Virus record (IMG/VR): IMGVR_UViG_3300021088_000009
Length of the DNA: 64,000 bases
Reading direction: 5' to 3' (one strand)
DNA from: a virus
In this document: positions 59,947-64,000 of the stretch, in pieces
How positions within the stretch are numbered: the first letter of the stretch is position 1
How the letters are laid out: each line of letters begins with the position of its first letter
The notes under the pieces: generated by a model
Told to the model about the DNA's origin: nothing
What the model saw: only the letters and a program-made list of their open reading frames with translations
Databases searched by the model: none
Position numbers and translations under genes: made by a program

Positions 59947-61455
59947 TCAGTACGCCCCTACCAGTGGCAGGAATCCTGTAGCTGTTCCGATGCTGGTGGG
60001 GTCGAACGATGCGGGCAGCGCGGTCTGGCCGCTGAGGTAGAAACAGCGCCGGTTGCCGCTGTTGGTCACCCCGAGGGCGAACCAAGACGCGTTGGTGTCG
60101 TTGGCTCCCAACGCGTAGGGAACGACGGTGCCCGTGAACCCTCCCAAGATGTACAGGATGTAGACAAACCTCCCGGACGCTTGCGCGGCCACGGTGGTGA
60201 TCGGTCGGGACACCCACCCGGCGGTGGCCCACAGCGTGTTGTCGTCCACTGTGGACTGAACGAGGACCCCGGCGTCCGTGTACACCCCCAACTGGTTGGG
60301 GATCCCCGACGCCGAGTACGTGCCGCCTGTGCGCACAGCGGTTGCCAAATGCCCCAGGGCGGTGTTCGCCGGAACCCAGCACCGCGCCCCGAACAGTGTG
60401 GCGTTCGACAACGGGGAGGTGTTCTGGAACATCGCGGGCGCGTCCGACGCGGTGAGCAACCCGTACCCCGACAGCGGGAACACCGGTCCACCGCCGGTCG
60501 GGGCCGCCCACTTCACGCCGGTTGTCTGCGTGGAATCAGCGGTCAACACCTGCGTGTCGGTGCCGACACCGACCCGGGACACGGCGGCCGCGCCGGTCGC
60601 GGCGAACAGATCACCCTTGGTGGTGGCCACGCTGGTCTGAAGCGCGCCGGTCACTCGCGTGTCGTTGCCCTGGGTGGCGGTGCCCGCGCTGGTGCCGTAG
60701 GCGACGGTCAACGTCCGGTCAGCCGACAGGTCACCACCGCCGCTCAACCCGGTGCCGGAGATGACCTGTCGGGCCGGTTGCACAGCGGTGTTCGCCGCGC
60801 CCAGCGACGTCTGGACGGCGGCGGTCAAGTCCGTGGACGGGATCCCCGGGCCCGGCTTGACATACTTGGCAGCCAGGTCGGACACGAGAGTGGTGACCTG
60901 TGACTGTGCGATGGTGCCGACGGACACGACCGGGGCCACTGTGGGGGTGCCGGTCACGACGATCGTGCCGTCCACGTTGCTGACCGAGGTGACGGTGCCG
61001 TTGCCGGCGGCCGGCAACTGGGAGGTGGGGACGGTGTTACCGGGCCCGGTGAGGGTCGCGACCCCGCCGGGTGCGCCCTTCTGGGTGATCGGGATGTAGG
61101 TGAGCACGGTGGGCGGTGTGCTGACCGGGATTAGGCTGCTGAAACTGACCGTGCTGGGCGACGATGGGAGGCTGAACTGGAACAGGGTGCTTCCGACGTC
61201 GGTGGTGACCTCCACGGTCCACAGCCAGTTGAGGGGCGCGATGTTCGCGGCGTCGGTGGCGGGGAGCGCGACGGTGAACGTCCCGAAGTTCAGGGTCGCC
61301 CGGTAGATGGTGGTTCCCAGGAGAACGTTGCTGGTGGCGTCACGAAGAAACGACGGGTTGCTGAATGCGACGACCCCGTTGGCGGGTGCCCCGGTGACGG
61401 GGTTCCGGATGTCGCCGTTGATGGTGACAAGTGGGACATCGTTCGGGAGCGGCAT
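59947..61455 (-). CDS. hypothetical structural protein (Gly/Thr/Ser-rich, fibre-like)
   Basis: 502 aa. Beta-rich composition with repetitive TG/SG stretches. Lies between the portal gene and the MuF-like gene. Confidence 0.55.
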   Translation of the reverse strand: MPLPNDVPLVTINGDIRNPVTGAPANGVVAFSNPSFLRDATSNVLLGTTIYRATLNFGTFTVALPATDAANIAPLNWLWTVEVTTDVGSTLFQFSLPSSPSTVSFSSLIPVSTPPTVLTYIPITQKGAPGGVATLTGPGNTVPTSQLPAAGNGTVTSVSNVDGTIVVTGTPTVAPVVSVGTIAQSQVTTLVSDLAAKYVKPGPGIPSTDLTAAVQTSLGAANTAVQPARQVISGTGLSGGGDLSADRTLTVAYGTSAGTATQGNDTRVTGALQTSVATTKGDLFAATGAAAVSRVGVGTDTQVLTADSTQTTGVKWAAPTGGGPVFPLSGYGLLTASDAPAMFQNTSPLSNATLFGARCWVPANTALGHLATAVRTGGTYSASGIPNQLGVYTDAGVLVQSTVDDNTLWATAGWVSRPITTVAAQASGRFVYILYILGGFTGTVVPYALGANDTNASWFALGVTNSGNRRCFYLSGQTALPASFDPTSIGTATGFLPLVGAY

Positions 61456-61496
61456 AGCGTGTCACCCGTTCTGTGTGCTGGCCATCGTGACCTCCT

Positions 61497-61721
61497 TCAC
61501 CATTCTTGCAACGGCGACCATGGGGAGCGTTCACCGATTCCGTCACTGTCGTGACGTGCGCGTTCGTACGCGCCGGAGCTCCCCAATGGCATGCGGTTCA
61601 TGTAGGAGATGGCGTCCGGCCAGCGTGAGAAGGTCTTCTCCGTTGCACCGTTGAAACCGAACCCAGGGATGATCATTTTCCATTCCTGGTCGGCGAATTT
61701 GATGGTGATCTTGTCACGCAT
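61497..61721 (-). CDS. hypothetical protein
   Basis: 74 aa. Confidence 0.5.
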   Translation of the reverse strand: MRDKITIKFADQEWKMIIPGFGFNGATEKTFSRWPDAISYMNRMPLGSSGAYERARHDSDGIGERSPWSPLQEW

Positions 61722-61857
61722 CGAATCCCCCTATCCGATTTCCTTGGCGATCAGGGCCTTGGCTCGTCGCGCGGTCAGCGGGAACCCTTCCGCTTCGTCG
61801 TCCGGCTCCGGAGCAACCGGCACCCCCCGGGGATGTGCCGGTTGCTCCGGTGGTGGC

Positions 61858-63498
61858 TCATTCGACGTCATCGGGCAATGCCTTCAACGCTTCACGGAGC
61901 CGTGCTCGGTATCGCTGCTGCCAGTTCTCGCGAAGCGGCCGGGCCGGCCGGCGGGACTCCGCCGGTGCCTTGCCGGCCGGCTTACGGGTGCCCGGCGCGG
62001 GCGGTGCCCCGGGTGGTTGCGGCCCGTCGGTGGGCTGGTTCCCGTCGGTCGGCGCGATGCCGGCGGCGGCGGCCAGCGCGGGCGGCAACGGCTCCTTCTC
62101 CGGCTTCTCCAACTCCATGGCCTCGTCGTCTTCGCCGGGCTCGGCGGGCTCCAACGCGGTGCCCTTGAGTTTCTGTGCGACCCCGGCGCGGGAGTAGGCG
62201 ACCATGTCGCGCCACAACACCAGGTTCTGGCGGTCGACCAGCACGGCGGTGTCTCCGCCGTCCACGGCGGGTTCGCCGATGTCGGCGCGGTAGCGGTCCA
62301 GGGTCCAGGATCCGTTCCGCAGACGCGTGTCCCGGATGTCCTCGATGGTCTTGGAGTCGCGCATGTCGATTTCGCCGAACTTGAGGTGCCAGCCGACGAT
62401 GCCGAACCCGCGTTGCACGATGTAGAAGTTCAACTTTTCCAGCACCAGTTCAGCGATGGGCTGGCATGTGTTGATGAGGAACGTCTTGCGCTGGGACTCA
62501 CCGGTGCCGCCGCCGAGGTTGCCGGATTCGATGACTCCGGCTTCGGCGGGTGGCACACCGTAGGTGGCGAGGATCTCGTCCCGCTTCTGATCGAGGGTGT
62601 GAAGGTATTCCTCGATTTTGTTTTGCTGCAACTCCTTGACGGCCGCGCCGCCCTTGGTCATCAGCGGGAACCCGAGGTTACGGGGGCCGATGTTGCGTTG
62701 CATGTATTGCGCGACCCACCGGTTCATTTCCACCTGGCTCATGCCCTGCGGCATGTCCACGTGAATGTTGGCCGGGTTGCCCTTGCGGAATGTTTCCTTG
62801 AGGGTGGCGGCGGTGAACAGCCATGCCGTGATCGGCAACAAACCGGCTTGGGTGGGGGACACGCCGAAAATACCGGAACGCGGCGAGTCCAGGGAGATGT
62901 GAATGATCTCGTTGGGCTTGAACTCGGCGCGCTGACCGAAGTCGGTCAACTGAATGTACTTGCTGATCTGGCCGTGCTCATCGGCAATGGGGAACACCGA
63001 AGGCGCGTCCAGGCTGTACATGGACACAGGGATGCCGGCGACCCACACCACTTCGATGTAGGCGTCCCCGAACACCAACAGGTCGCAGATGATGCCCCGG
63101 AGCAGTTGCCGCATGTCTTCCTGCGGGTTGCAGTACTTGAGAAGCCGTTCCAACGCCAGCACGTTGTCGGGCTTGTCGGGGGCTTCCTGGTCGCCTTCAC
63201 CGGTGTCGGTGTCCCAGTCGGTGGTGAGACCACCGGCGGTGATGGTGCGGGCAATGGCGTTGACGCACGCCCAACTCCACGGGCACGCGAGGTACGCTTC
63301 GTAGAGTTGTTGGAGCATGGACCGACGGTCGGTTTGTGTGGCGGATCCGATGCCCTGGGTGTATTCGTTGATACCACCGGACGGGATTCCGTACTCGTAT
63401 CCGGCGCGTGTCGGTGTCGTGGTCGGGTCGAACTCTTTCTTGGCTTCTTCGACTACTGCCAGCGATTCCCGTCCGAGAACCCGCCCCCAAAACCCCAT
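61858..63498 (-). CDS. portal protein
   Basis: 546 aa. Lies directly downstream of the terminase gene. Acidic, Pro-rich C-terminus typical of portal proteins. Confidence 0.7.
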   Translation of the reverse strand: MGFWGRVLGRESLAVVEEAKKEFDPTTTPTRAGYEYGIPSGGINEYTQGIGSATQTDRRSMLQQLYEAYLACPWSWACVNAIARTITAGGLTTDWDTDTGEGDQEAPDKPDNVLALERLLKYCNPQEDMRQLLRGIICDLLVFGDAYIEVVWVAGIPVSMYSLDAPSVFPIADEHGQISKYIQLTDFGQRAEFKPNEIIHISLDSPRSGIFGVSPTQAGLLPITAWLFTAATLKETFRKGNPANIHVDMPQGMSQVEMNRWVAQYMQRNIGPRNLGFPLMTKGGAAVKELQQNKIEEYLHTLDQKRDEILATYGVPPAEAGVIESGNLGGGTGESQRKTFLINTCQPIAELVLEKLNFYIVQRGFGIVGWHLKFGEIDMRDSKTIEDIRDTRLRNGSWTLDRYRADIGEPAVDGGDTAVLVDRQNLVLWRDMVAYSRAGVAQKLKGTALEPAEPGEDDEAMELEKPEKEPLPPALAAAAGIAPTDGNQPTDGPQPPGAPPAPGTRKPAGKAPAESRRPARPLRENWQQRYRARLREALKALPDDVE

Positions 63499-64000
63499 GG
63501 CATGTTCACCTCCCCACCGTAATCGTCGTACGTGTACGGGTTGTCGTCGGCGCGCGGGATGTAGGCGAACTGGCCGAGTGGCTGTCCCACGGCCGTGATG
63601 TCACCTACGGTCGGCGCGGATTCCAGCATCATGAACTCTGGGCCGGAACCCATGTTCACGAGCATGTAGCGCAACGCGTCCGCGATGTGGTCTTCCGAAT
63701 GCGTGTCGACGTCTTCCGGGTCACCGGTCTTGGCGTGCGGCAACGCGGGGAGGGTGCGGATGAAGTTCTCGCACGTGTCGAACACGTGGAGGTTCGGGCA
63801 CGTGGCCCAGCCCAGTTCCCGGTGATGCGGGCAGGCGGGGGCGTCTTTCAGGTATGAGTGGATGCGTTGCCACCCGTTGACGCGGGACCCGCTTCCCTTG
63901 CCGGCCTTGGACAGGTGTACGCCGTTGTCCGCGTACACGTCCGCGATGGGTTTGGCGTCGCCTCGGGTCGCCCACATGGCGTCGTCGGCGAACCGGTCGG
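63453..64000 (-). CDS. terminase large subunit, C-terminal nuclease domain (partial, continues beyond the window)
   Basis: Motif HSEDHIADALRYMLVN typical of the large-terminase nuclease domain. The ORF is open to the window edge. Confidence 0.65.
   Translation of the reverse strand, partial: DRFADDAMWATRGDAKPIADVYADNGVHLSKAGKGSGSRVNGWQRIHSYLKDAPACPHHRELGWATCPNLHVFDTCENFIRTLPALPHAKTGDPEDVDTHSEDHIADALRYMLVNMGSGPEFMMLESAPTVGDITAVGQPLGQFAYIPRADDNPYTYDDYGGEVNMPWGFGGGFSDGNRWQ

Noticed and set aside
45929-63522. Many long plus-strand ORFs opposite the late structural genes (for example 45929-47500, 47627-48733, 48962-50185, 50220-52466, 54509-55993, 56039-57724, 59428-60903, 61609-63522)
   Set aside because: All lie antisense to well-supported minus-strand structural genes (tape measure, capsid, portal and so on) and translate to Gly/Arg/Val-rich low-complexity sequence.
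1-64000. CRISPR arrays, integrase/attP or transposase-type mobile elements
   Set aside because: There are no direct-repeat/spacer arrays and no tyrosine or serine recombinase or transposase ORF in this window. The only mobile-element-like gene is the HNH endonuclease at 15398-15787.

Overview
High-GC (~65%) actinobacteriophage segment, probably a Streptomyces-type siphovirus. It has three parts. Positions 1-14.5 kb hold about 38 small rightward early genes, driven by a recurring extended promoter motif (CTCAARGGRTTGACA-N17-TAGTGT, 11 copies in the window) and ending in an SNF2 helicase and a DnaQ-like exonuclease. Positions 14.6-20.9 kb hold a dense array of at least 27 hand-folded tRNAs plus tRNA pseudogene fragments, several small embedded ORFs and an HNH endonuclease. 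Three consecutive Gln/Glu-type class-I tRNAs in this array carry leucine anticodons. Positions 21-40.3 kb hold a rightward replication/repair module: a Ro60/TROVE-vWA (Rsr-like) protein, DinG-like, UvrD-like and SNF2 helicases, a PrimPol, two DEDDh exonucleases, Cas4-like and VRR-NUC nucleases, a ParB-like protein, Lsr2 and an SPFH protein. After a convergent junction carrying tandem tRNA-like modules with encoded CCA, positions 40.8-64 kb hold leftward late genes: a holin-like/GH25 lysis cassette, tail proteins, a 1009-aa tape measure, major tail, a tandem NUMOD3-repeat basic protein, major capsid, protease-scaffold, Mu-F-like protein, portal and the 3' end of the large terminase. Most notable are the Ro60 orthologue with a possible Y-RNA/tRNA-like partner, the anomalous tRNAs, and the decayed tRNA repeat family. 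All tRNA calls are manual folds and need tRNAscan-SE or covariance-model confirmation.
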